Shown piece by piece: positions 49,302-60,171 of a stretch of DNA of 60,171 bases. The stretch is from Octopus bimaculoides. Its lineage: Eukaryota. The notes under the pieces are model-generated. The model was not told the DNA's origin. It did no database searches and was given only the letters and a program-made list of their open reading frames with translations. The stretch spans positions 17,712,390 to 17,772,560 of the forward strand of contig NC_069002.1 of the NCBI RefSeq assembly GCF_001194135.2. The letters run 5' to 3'. The position numbers were made by a program, and so were the translations under genes. Numbering within the stretch: the first letter of the stretch is position 1; every line of letters begins with the position of its first letter.

Positions 49302-49494
49302 ATGCGCACGCGTGTGTATGTGTGTGTGTGTGAGTTTGTGTGTATAGAGAAGCTGTTATATTTATACAATAACACATGCACATGTAAATATATACATATA
49401 CATATATCACTTGAATAATCGTCGATGCAAAACTCAGAGTAATGATTCAAGAAGCTGTTGTGTCTAATAAAGCAGATTAACTCTNNNNNNNNNN

Positions 49495-49539
<45 letters not shown>

Positions 49540-49546
<7 letters not shown>

Positions 49547-49989
49547 TGAAAGGTAGACTACATGATGCATGTATACAAACAGCCATGCTACATAGCAGTG
49601 AAACATGGGCCATGACCACTGAGGACATGTGTAGGCTTGTAAGAAATGAAGCTAGTATGATCAGCTGGATGTGTAATGTCAGAGTGTAAGCGTCCTGAGA
49701 GAAAAGTTGGACATAAGAAGCATCAGATGTGGTATGCAAGAGAGAGGACTGCGATAGTATGGTCATGTGATGCGTATGCATGAGGACAGCTGTGTGAAGA
49801 AATGTCACACCCTAACAGTGGAAGGAACCTGTGGAAGAGATAGACCCAGGAAGAAATGGGATGAAGTGGTGAAGCACAACCTTCGAACATTGGGCTTCAC
49901 AGAGACAATAACAAGAGACTGAGACCTTTAGAGATATGCTGTGACTGAGAAAGTGAGAAACACCATCCAAACATGGCCAATGCCAGTGC
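49540..49989 (+). mobile_element. RTE LINE C-terminal fragment
   Basis: Colinear with 47960-48430. Segment 49697-49927 is repeated exactly at 50000-50230 between N gaps. Another short piece lies at about 51285-51400. Confidence 0.9.
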
Positions 49990-50829
49990 NNNNNNNNNNG
50001 AGAGAAAAGTTGGACATAAGAAGCATCAGATGTGGTATGCAAGAGAGAGGACTGCGATAGTATGGTCATGTGATGCGTATGCATGAGGACAGCTGTGTGA
50101 AGAAATGTCACACCCTAACAGTGGAAGGAACCTGTGGAAGAGATAGACCCAGGAAGAAATGGGATGAAGTGGTGAAGCACAACCTTCGAACATTGGGCTT
50201 CACAGAGACAATAACAAGAGACTGAGACCTNNNNNNNNNNATGCTAGTGGCAGGTAAAAAGCACCATCTAAACGTGGTCGATACCAGTTCTGCCCAACTG
50301 GCTCCTGTGCCGGTGACACATAAAAAGTACCCACTACACTCCCAGAGTGACTGGCATTAGAAAGGGCATCCAGCTGTAGAAACTTGCCAGATCATATTGG
50401 AGCCTAGTGCAGCCTCCTGGCTTGCCGGTCCTCAGTCAAACAGTCCAACCCATGCCAGCATGGAAAGCGGACATTAAACAATGATGATGATAATGATATT
50501 ATTTTATTTGTTTCTATTTGTTTCAGTAATTTTACAACAGCCATGCTGGAGCTCCTCCTTTAGTCAAATAAATTGACCCCAAGACTTATTCTTTGTAAGC
50601 CTAGTACTTATTCTATCGGTCTCTTTTGCCAAACCACTAAGTCACATGGACATAAATACACCAACATCAGTTGTCAAGTGATGGTGGGGAGACAAACACA
50701 GACACACAAATGTTAAAAGAAAGTTTTCAACTCGTATATGCAAATAAATTAAATACACGTAATTCAAAAATATGCCTTGTGTAGCTTATTTTGTAACCAA
50801 AAAACAGGTACAGATTATAAACAATGAAA

Positions 50830-51260
50830 GGCTGATTTTGGTGATTCATTTGAAAGAGAGCCAAGCCAATGATAAACCTAACCTTGGATCTTGAATGTTT
50901 GCATGGATCCTGGCTCAGTTAAATCGCTTGTGGCTCCAAATGATGTCATCTGTAGTGCAGCATTGTATTGTATAATTTTGTTTTGGAAGTGCTTGAAATC
51001 TTGGTCAGATGATGACAACAGTTTCTTCAATGGCTCTAGAGGTTGGGGGATTGCAGGGAGTTTAACCTTTCCACCACTGCAGCACAGTGCAGGTGTCTCT
51101 CTCCAGACTACTTCTTTGCTTTACAATGTATGCATTCAGTTATCATTGCACCAATGGAAACTAGTGTCATCTGCATAATGAACTGCTGGATCATAATTGA
51201 AAGCTGCTTCAGAGAAATTGCTTCTTTGAGCTGTTGCAACTGCTCTTTGTTCTGCAAAGT
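50830..51260 (-). mobile_element. Helitron RepHel N-terminal coding fragment
   Basis: AAFNYDP / VSIGAMITECIHCKAKK / WRETPALCCSGGKVKLPAIPQPLEPLKKLL...KHFQNKIIQYNAALQMTSFG...MQTFKIQG*VYHWLGSL matches the Helitron motifs CC..GKV.LP, YN..FQMTSFG and TFK.QGQVYH..GSL. Not evident in the ORF track. Confidence 0.88.
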
Positions 51261-51404
51261 GTAAGCATCTAGAGAAAAAAGTTAAGTATAAGAGGCAATA
51301 GATGTGGTGTTCAAGAGATGACTGCACTGGTGTGGTCATATGATGAGTATGGATGAGGACAGCTGTGCAAAGAAGTGCTGATCTCTAATGGTGAAAGAAG
51401 TTCC

Positions 51405-53715
51405 TTGTTCAATACTCGCTGATAATGTTTTAAATTTGGTCAAAAAAAATTATGAAGATTTCATCACATATGCTGGGGGTGTTAACAGAGAGCGTAAAAA
51501 ATTCAAATTAAATGAATTAACCCTGGACATGTTCAAAGGTCTAATTTTTGTTCAAGGGTTAACTGCAAGCAAAGATGCAGATATACATTCCCAGAAATTA
51601 ACAAAGTTAGAACAGGACCAAAAAATAACTCTACAGGCCATAGCAGAAGAATGCCAGAGGATTATAAATCTAAGACATGATCCAGATGAAACTGAAGAAA
51701 AAGATTGCTCTCATATTTGGGCATGTCAACTGGTAACCGATAAGAAAAAAAAGAAAAAATGTCAAGAACAAATCCATGTTAGGAGTGTCATGGTATACAT
51801 TTTAAAAGTAACTGCCCATTTAAAAATAGAAAATGCTTCAAGTGTTGTAAGACAGGTCATAAAAAAATACACTGTAAAACAAAACCTGAAAAATGGCTCA
51901 ACAGAAAAAATCATGTAAACAGGTTATTAATGATAGGAAATACGAACTAGCCTCAAAGGGAATTCGTGTATGTAAAAATTAATAACACAAGCATAAAGTT
52001 CCAATTGGATATGAGAAGTAATATCTCAATAATTAACACAGATATATGGAAAAAAATCAGGAGACGCAGATTAAAAGAAACTTCGAAAATTACACATGGT
52101 GTTTCAGGAAAAACATTATACTTTAAGGGCAAAATGTTAAGTGACATTACATTTAGTGGAAAACCTTGAAATCCAAAGTTTTTGTGTTGAATAATCCAAC
52201 AAAATTATTTGGAACGGACTGGATGGAATTATTTAACTTACTGGACCTCCCTAAAAATCTTTTCTGTAAAAATGTGAATGGTTTTTCCACCAGTACAAAT
52301 AAGTCGTCAGATGAACTGAAAAAAAATTAAGATTTTTCCTGAATTTTTGTTTGGTGAATTAGGTCTGTGCACCAAAACAAAGTTGAAGTTTTAAATAAAA
52401 GAAAATGCCATACCAGTATTTAAACTAAAATGAACTGTACTGTTTACAACATTAGAACAGATAATCTTAAAATTCGAGAGACTAGAAAAAGTTGGAGTTA
52501 TCCAGAAAGTGGAATATAGTCAATAGACATCACCAAATGTGTAGTATGTTAAGAAAAAGAATAATAAAATCAGAGTGTGTGCTTATTTTTCCACTGGTTT
52601 AAATGAATGTCTTAAACTGTTCCTCAATCTGCTACCTACTCCAGAGGACATTTTTGCAAAATTAAAGTGGCAAGATATTTTCTAAACTGGATTTCTCTGA
52701 TGCGTACCTACAAATTAGAGTAGCCGAATGCTCTAAATACATAACAATTAACACACACAAAAGGACTGTATAAATACAACACATTACCATTTGGCTTCAA
52801 AGTTGCACCAGCAATTTTTCAACAGATTATGGATGCAATCTTAGCAGACTGAATTTGCAATTCCATATCTGGATGATAAAAAGCGAATCTTGGACCAACT
52901 TGTAGAGCACATAAAATATGTTTGAAAAAATTTATGGCTTTACTTTGAGTGAAGTAAAGTGTGAATTTTTGTTACTGAAAATAAAATAAAATATTTAGGA
53001 CAAATCATTGACAGAAATGGATGTTGACCAGATATGTCAAGGGCAGACAATTAAAAATATGCTCCCTTCAACAAATATAGTGACCTTACAAGCTCTTTTG
53101 GGACTTGCAAACTATTATCAAAATTATATTCCAAATATGCTTAAGGTAAGAGTTCCACTGAATAATCTATTAAAAAAAGATGTAAAGTGGAATTGGTCTG
53201 AAAATTGTCAGACGACGTTCAACAAAACTTTTAAAATATTAACATTTGATTTGTCTTTAGCACACTTCAATCCCGCAACAGAGATTGTTGTAGTTTCAGA
53301 AGCTTTGGAGTATGGATATAGGAGCAGTAATGCTACATAAATATAAAGATGGTAACATGAAGGTGATGATTTGTGCCTCATTTTCTCTGATATCAGCAGA
53401 AAAAAATTACAGCCAAATCAAAAAAGAGGCTCCAGCAATTATTTTTGTCATAAAAAAATTTCGTAGGTTTTTACACAGTAGAAGTTGTCAACTACAGACT
53501 GATCATCATCTGTTATTATCCATACATGGGTCAAAGAAAGGAATCCTTAACCATACTGCTAATAGGTTGTGATGCTGGGGTACTATATTATAAAACTATG
53601 ATTTTAAGATGGAGTATATGCCATCTAAGAAAATAGGACATGCCAATAGTTTATCAAGACTGATTTCAAAAAATGCTGAACCATTTGAAGATTATTGCAT
53701 CACGAGGAGAAAAGG
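51405..53715 (+). mobile_element. Ty3/Gypsy (Mag-like) gag-pol remnant lacking LTRs and integrase
   Basis: Gag (LIFVQGL...IAEECQRIINLRHD), tandem knuckles C*ECHGIHFKSNC and CFKCCKTGHKKIHC, decayed protease (FQLDMRS), RT (SKLDFSDAYLQI, LPFGFKVAPAIFQQIMD, YLDD at 52866-77), RNase H (AEKNYSQIKKEAPAIIF, LQTDHH, IGHANSLSRL). Confidence 0.95.
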
Positions 53716-53825
53716 AATTGTGAATTGTGTCAAGGCCGACAGGAAGCGGTCCAGCTTCCTAGGGCTAAACGGCAGTAGTGTGTTCCCTTATTGGGATTGT
53801 CACATTAAGTTGACAATATACTACA

Positions 53826-53877
<52 letters not shown>

Positions 53878-54198
53878 AACACATGTATATGCAAATTTTT
53901 TTAAAACCCCATTCTACCTACTTACTTCCTTTTTGTGAATCACTAAAAGACCAATCTGACGACCTGAAGCTGACACACTTGACTATACACACCTGTTAAC
54001 AAAGTTGTGTATGGATGAATAAGTTGTGAACAATATAACCCCAAACTTAATCAATAAAAACTTCTTCACAATACCTCTCCATCACAACACACACTACAAC
54101 CTAATGACCATTTCGACTGAACCCCCCACAACAACAACAACAACATCATCATTGAAAAATACCTTAGGAATGAGAACCCAGGTTCGAAGTTTCCCCAA

Positions 54199-54244
54199 GA
54201 CACCTGATGAAGGCTGGAGGGTATATCAGCCGAAACGTTGTGTT
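54199..54244 (+). ncRNA. Minimal type I hammerhead ribozyme fold (Penelope pseudo-LTR type)
   Basis: Stem I GACAC 54199-203 / GTGTT 54240-44; CTGATGA 54204-10 plus one extra A; stem II GGCTG / CAGCC with a 10-nt loop; GAAA 54232-35; loopless helix III palindrome ACGT; GUU triplet, predicted cut after 54239. Confidence 0.8.
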
Positions 54245-54659
54245 AACAATAAACAAGATGAGGACAAATATCCGTCAAATGTAAATAATGTACATTTGGT
54301 AATGGAGTCCTAGATGCATTATGTATGAAAAAAAAAAAAAAACAAGACATTATCACATATGGATTATTTTTGATCATAAGCCTTCCTCATCAGACCTAAT
54401 TAAAATAACAATGAAACATTACCTGTAGTCCACCTGTTTAAATTATTACTAATCATCAAACCAATGAGGAAACTTCTATGTAGTCACTTGACTGACTAGA
54501 AAGAGGAATCAAACCTTTTCCTTACACCCTACTTTCTTGAAAATTGAAGAATGAATCTGGAAAAATTAGACATGATGGTTAGGATTGGAACGCTTTTGAT
54601 CATAAGTGAATTTGATCAGCACTGATCTAAGGCTATAGAACAGCAACATCTAGCCATAT

Positions 54660-56500
54660 CTACATCATCATCACCATACCATCACTTCTTTCATTCTTAC
54701 AATTCTAACCATATCCACACTACACCACACCACTGCCATTACCACTGCCAAAATACCATCACTGTTGCAAAAATAAACCATTCTGTGTTGCCTGCCTTCA
54801 TTACCATCACTTCTAGTATCACCATTACCATTAACACAACCACTGAGTGCATTGAGTAACAATGGTTACTCAACTTGCTAAAAATAGCAGCCAAATCTTT
54901 GTCAAATCATATACTACTGACTTAAAATAGGAAGGACATAATAGATAATGTAGTCCTAAAATAGGATGGTCATAGTTGGATTTTTTAGATCATACATCTT
55001 AATCAGAGCCAACCTGGGCTAACTAAAGACAACAACACCACTGACATCACCACAACCATAATCACCAATATCATCATACTGCCACCAATAAACTTGTTTT
55101 TCTCTCACCTCTGCTGCCACCTTAACATGCCGTTACCACAACAATGGAACCACCATAGTACCTCCGCAAAAAAAACAAAAACAAAAGGCGTGGCTGTGTG
55201 ATAAGAAGTTTGCTTCCCAACCACATAGTTCTGTGTTCAATCCCACTGTGTGGCACCTTGGGCAGATGTCTTTTACTATAGCCTCAGGTCAAAAAAAGTC
55301 TCATGAGTGAATTTGGTAGACAGAAACTGAAAGAAGCCCATCACAGATGTGTGTGTGTGTGTGTGTGTGTGTGAGTGTGTGTGTGTGAGAGTGTGTGTGT
55401 GTGAGTGTCTTGTGTCTATGTTTGTCTCCCCACCATCATCACTTGACAACTGGTGTTGGTGTGTTTATGTCCCCATGACATAGCGGTTCAGCAAAATTAA
55501 TTGATAGAATAAGCACTAGACTTAACAAATAAGTCTTAGGTCAATTTGCTCAACTATAACCTGTCAAGGCAGTGCTCCAGCATGGCCACAGTCAAATGAC
55601 TGAAACAAGTAAAAAAATAAAAGAATACCACTAATTTACCATCAGTACTACCAGCCACCACTTCCACCTTATTATTAACACCTCCACTAACACAATGACC
55701 ATCAACAGCACCATCCTCACCAATATAACCTATTAATACTACCAACACTGGCAACTTACTATTACCACTACGATTACCTTACCTTCATCACCATCACTAT
55801 TATCATCAATATCAGAACTTTTGATTTCATTATTACAAAATACCAACCATCATCATCAAACCTCTATTCCATCTTCACCACCACCATCAATACCATCACA
55901 ACACTACCAACTTAACCAACTAACATCAATACTGCCTGCACCGTTGAGGGTGTCTCTACATGGCTACTCAACTTGCTAGAAGTAGCAGCCAAATTTCCCT
56001 CAAGCCATACACTACTGACTTAAAAATGGCTACCTCAGCCATCACCAACATGGCTATCACCACAACTATCACTGTATCATGACCATCACCCACCTGTTCC
56101 ACCACCACCACCACCACCACCACCACAACAGCTATTACCACACTCGAAAATATCCTAATTATCACCACTACCACCACAATACTATCACCACGAAAATTAT
56201 CACCGTCACAACCAACACTGCCGCCCACCAATACTATTTACTAGCATCCTCATCAATACCATCACTGCTACCAAAAGCAGTAGCACCAATTTATCTCTAC
56301 AAGGCCCTGAATGCAGTCTTGTTATCAGCAGCAACAACTTGCCCAAGATTATTATCTGGCACTCTCAAAGAAGACTGCAGATAGCATTAGCATCTACAGG
56401 CAGGTATTAGCATTACCATCATCATTATCAACAACAGCATCATTCCTCATCCTCATCATACTCTGCCTCCTCATCACCCCCATTATCATTTTCATAGCTA
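54660..56500 (+). repeat. Cryptic (CAC/CAT/CAA) low-complexity region with embedded family F and SINE C copies
   Basis: Degenerate ACC/ATC/AAC triplets across about 1.8 kb; poly-H and poly-V ORFs here are artefacts. Confidence 0.85.
55187..55624 (+). mobile_element. SINE family C, full length, decayed
   Basis: GGCGTGGCTGTGTGATAAGAAG head, GGCACCTTGGGCAGATGTC, (TG)n, 3' module and tail. Confidence 0.88.
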
Positions 56501-56688
56501 TCCCTACACAGCCGCTGCACTTTGCAAGTGTAGGTTGCAACTTTAATGATGAGCAACCAAATTGCTTTGGTAAAAAGAAAAATGAATATATGTGTGTGTA
56601 TTTCATGTGTATATATGTGCATTTATCTCTCTCTGTCTCGTTCTCTCTCACTCTCTCTTGCTATATTGCTATATATATATATATATAT

Positions 56689-56724
<36 letters not shown>

Positions 56725-56802
56725 GATACATATATACTTTACAGTTAGACAAAGCGTGAAAGGGAGAGATATCTATCTTTCTCTCTCTCACTCTCTCTCT
56801 AT

Positions 56803-56837
<35 letters not shown>

Positions 56838-56912
56838 AGAACACAAGTATAGATTCAAATGAGATCTGTAACTATATATATATGCACTGTTATATATGTA
56901 AGTATATGTGTA

Positions 56913-57751
56913 CAAGATATGATCAAAAAGTATCCGGACTGTTGCCATAGTAACAAAGCTAAAGCACACAGAATGAAGCCATTTGGCAAAGATTGACCTT
57001 GAACTCTGCTGTGCATGCGAACTAAGTTTTAATGTTCTAGCTCACTCCCACTGTTTACAGCAGTACTTGGAAGGAAGGTGTGTAGTGTGTGATCGTCGCA
57101 TTGACCATGACAGAGAAAGTTGTCATGGTGATACCTGCTCAGAGGCCTACACAAAGTTGCAGAAAGTGTATGGAGAGAAGTGTATGAGCTGCACACAAGA
57201 GTACAAGTGGTTCAGACCCACAACCAGTAGAACAGAAAAATATTGCAGATGTGCATGCAGCTGTGAGGGAAAATTGTTGAATCACCATCCGTGAGTTATC
57301 ATAGGATGTGCAGATTAGTTATGGTTCAGTTCAGTCCATTATCACTGAAGATTTGGGTATGAGACGCATGTCTGCTAAGTTTGTGCCAAAACTGCTTTCA
57401 GCTGACCAAAAAGACACTTGGGTTTCGGTTGCACAAGATCTTGATTTTGTTGAGAACACTGAAAACTTTTTGAAAACTCTGTGTAGGCCTCTGAGCAGGT
57501 ATCGCCAAGCTTTTGGCAAAATTTGATGCAGATTCTCTGCTCAACTTTCACTGTCATGGTCAATGCAGTGATCACACACTACACACCTTCCTTCCAAGTA
57601 CTGCTGTAAACAGCAGAAGTGAGCTAGAATGTTAAAACTCAATGCACATGCATAGCAGAGTTCAAGGTCAATCTGTGCCAAGCGGCTTGACTCTACGAAC
57701 TTTAGCTTCATTACTATGGCAACAGTCCGGATACTTATTGATCAGACCACA
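56913..57751 (+). mobile_element. Palindromic non-autonomous mariner derivative, copy 2
   Basis: TA duplications at 56911-12 and 57752-53; ends CAAGATATGATCAAAAAGTATCCGGACT and AGTCCGGATACTTATTGATCAGACCACA; plus-strand transposase fragment and an inverted MTVKVEQRICIKFCQKLGDTCSEAYT arm. Confidence 0.92.
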
Positions 57752-58384
57752 TATTTATACATATGTATATATACTAGAATGAAAAATGCAGGCACCAAAT
57801 CATAGAATATTCTTAAGTATTGAACCTGGAAAAGTACAGAACAAGAAGGAAAAAATGGTAAAATATTGCTACTGAAGTTAGAATTTAAAAACTGAAGTAG
57901 TAATAAATGCCCTTTTGCATATTTTAATTTTACTCAATAGTTTAAGTTAAAATACTCAAGCTATATATTTTCAGTTTTAGTAAAAAAAACTAATTGCCTG
58001 CAAGTTTACACATTAAGAATTTAATTTTACAAATTTATATATTTAAAAAGTCATATAATTGCAATTTAAGCAAAATTGACAATTATAACTCTGAAGTCTT
58101 TTTTTTTAAAAGGCTAGAGTCATTTCTACAATTTTGTGCTCAATTTATTAATTAGCTTTCATTTTTTAAAATATCTTTCTAACTATAAATAGAAAATACT
58201 TTATCTAATAAAGGCACCCAGCACACTCTGTAAAGTGGTTGTCATTCAGAAGGGTATCCAGCTGTAGAAACCATGCCAAAACAGACCATTGGAATCTGGA
58301 TAGCTCTCCTGTCAAATCATTCAACCCATGCCAGCATGGAAAACAGACATATGATGATGATGACAATGATGACGGCATGTATCA

Positions 58385-58632
58385 CATCTCATCTCCTTCA
58401 CTCACTCATTTCTGAGAGAGTCGCAAGGGCAGAATCCACAAGCACACCATCCACTGGTCCTGTCAAAAGCAACCATCTCCAATTGATCTGGCTGGTTCCC
58501 CAAGTGAGACCAACCTAGCTCATGGATGTTATCCAACCATCTTCTTCAAAATCTGTCCCTGGGTCTACTGCAGGTTGGTTTTGCTTGTAAAACCTGTCTA
58601 GTGATTCTTTCCTGGAACTCTCTTACCACACT
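58385..58632 (-). mobile_element. RTE-type LINE C-terminus of a second family
   Basis: ERITRQVLQAKPTCSRPRDRF*RRWLDNI...DRTS...VDSALATL resembles the RTE end (K.VL...P.G.RPRGRP..RW.DN). Abuts a SINE C head at 58633-58700. Confidence 0.6.
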
Positions 58633-58720
58633 GGCACAGGAGTGGCTGTGTGGTAAGAAGCTTGCTTCCCAACCACATAGCTCTGTACCAGTGTATTTGT
58701 GTATCAGTAAACAAAAATGC

Positions 58721-59212
58721 GTAAATATTTGGTAAATGACCAGTTCGTACCTCAGTGTGAAATAATTCTTTGCCAAAGGATTTTTTGAGTGCATTCAATG
58801 TAACTGACCTCCAAACCTGATGCAAGCCATTTTTTTCTGGAAAAGAAAAGGGTGGGGGTCAAAAAATTATTTCACAGCGAAATATTGGCAGGTCCTTTAT
58901 CACAAATAGCTGTTATGTGGTAGTAGAGCATGCTAGAAATAGCAGCCAAATCTTTCTTTTTCTGGAGAAAGGAGCCGTTTACACGAGATTTCGATGTCAC
59001 ATTTGTTTAAAGTATGCGAAATAACCTGGAAAAGAAAAACAAACACCCACGAAACAAAACTCCATTGGTGGGAAACTCCAAGGTCCCCCACCCTTTCTTG
59101 CAGTGGCTTGCAGTGGACTTGGAGGTCAGATATGTTGAATGCACTCGAAAAAACTTGCGGAAAAAAATTATTTCACACCTAGGTACGAACAGGTCCTTTA
59201 CGAAATATTTAC
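58721..59212. mobile_element. Fold-back / MITE-like element with long degenerate inverted arms
   Basis: Arm 58721-58860 is the approximate reverse complement of 59082-59212 (e.g. TTGGAGGTCAG..A..TTGAATGCACTC.AAAAA, AATTATTTCACAC..AGGTACGAAC.GGTC.TTTAC.AAATATTTAC). A third partial arm lies at 58861-58905. Confidence 0.75.
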
Positions 59213-59349
59213 CTAACCATGCTGAGAAGGAAGGTGTCAAATTACACTACAAGCAAAGAGTACTAGGTTAAGGCTATGAGTTTATAACCTGAGTGAAACT
59301 GGATCCTTCTGCTTGTAATTTTTATAACGTGGTTTTTGCATATGTCATT

Positions 59350-59644
59350 TTAGTGTTATACACTAATAACAGTGTGATATATAATACCATGGAATGGGGT
59401 ACGCACCAACTGTCTCCACTTGATGTATTCCCCAATTGTTTGCCAACAACTGTAACCAATCCAAAACAACTCTCAACAAACTATAACAAGTTCTCAACAA
59501 TTTCCTGTGACTCCATGAACTCACGAACGACACCTTTCAACTTCCTGTGATTTGTCATCTCTCACTCTCAATCAAACACTGCTAATTATAAGAGCTAGTC
59601 CATTCTCACAAAGGGGGTCATGATTCTTGCCATCTCCCCCTTTT
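59350..59644 (-). mobile_element. Probable Gypsy polypurine tract plus 3' LTR
   Basis: Minus strand AAAAGGGGGAGA (59644-59633) immediately followed by TG (59632-31), then about 280 bp of non-coding sequence; the LTR end could not be fixed. Confidence 0.5.
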
Positions 59645-59896
59645 AAGATTTGACTTCTGTAGGAAGTGCAAATTTTTTACTCTTTTATTCTTTTATTTGT
59701 TTCAGTCATTTGACTGTGGCCATGCTGGAGCACCGCCTTTAGTCGAACAAATTGATCCCAGGACTTATTCTTTGTAAGCCTAGTACTTATTCTATAGGTC
59801 TCTTTTGCCGAGCCACTAAGTTATTGGGATGTAAACACACCAACATCAGTTGTCAAGCGATATTGGGGGGACAAACACAGACACACAAACATATAT

Positions 59897-60171
59897 CACC
59901 TCCCCCCTTTTTGAGATTTTAATTTCCTTAGATATTTTAATACTTCTTTCACTTAGGGACTATTTCTAGTCATTCTGTTTGTTTACATTATGTATTGCTG
60001 GGTCCTCCTAGGTTCAACCTCTTTTGGCCTTAGAATATCGAAGAAGTCATAACAAACTTCCATTGGTATTTCTTCTCTTTCTTTGATATGTTTAGTTTCC
60101 AAGTGGTTCAAATGTCATTTGTGCTCTCCTATTTGACCTTTTATTATGTACATCATACTGCCTATTCTTTT
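59897..60171 (-). mobile_element. Gypsy integrase C-terminus plus polypurine tract, running off the window end
   Basis: KRIGSMMYIIKGQIGEHK*HLNHL...EEIPMEVCYDFFDI...EPRRT resembles the post-integrase region of Mag-like Gypsy pol; followed by AAAAAGGGGGGAGG|TG. Confidence 0.65.

Overview
AT-rich eukaryotic genomic DNA, almost entirely transposable-element debris and microsatellites, with eight N gaps. The repeat repertoire is typical of a coleoid cephalopod such as Octopus; this is inference from repeat style, not proven. I could not support any host protein-coding exon, true tRNA/rRNA gene or CRISPR array, so the window looks intergenic or deep intronic. Recognisable elements, all degraded: (1) RTE-clade LINEs, one nearly full length at 45.6-48.7 kb and one open-frame endonuclease 5' end running off the window start; (2) an L1/Tx1-type LINE; (3) R4/Dong-type restriction-like-endonuclease LINE ends; (4) an L2-group LINE end; (5) Penelope-like RT and GIY-YIG fragments; (6) Ty3/Gypsy remnants; (7) a Helitron RepHel fragment and a DINE-1/HINE-like element; (8) two copies of a palindromic mariner derivative and two TTAA piggyBac-type MITEs; (9) at least four tRNA-derived SINE families. 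The most notable signal is absent from the ORF track: five unrelated type I hammerhead-ribozyme folds (9243, 14673, 15153, 28306, 54199). All have a palindromic, dimer-type helix III, as known from Penelope-like pseudo-LTRs. Three keep an intact catalytic core and two share a U4-to-C change. All folds and translations were done by eye; coordinates of degenerate repeats are approximate.
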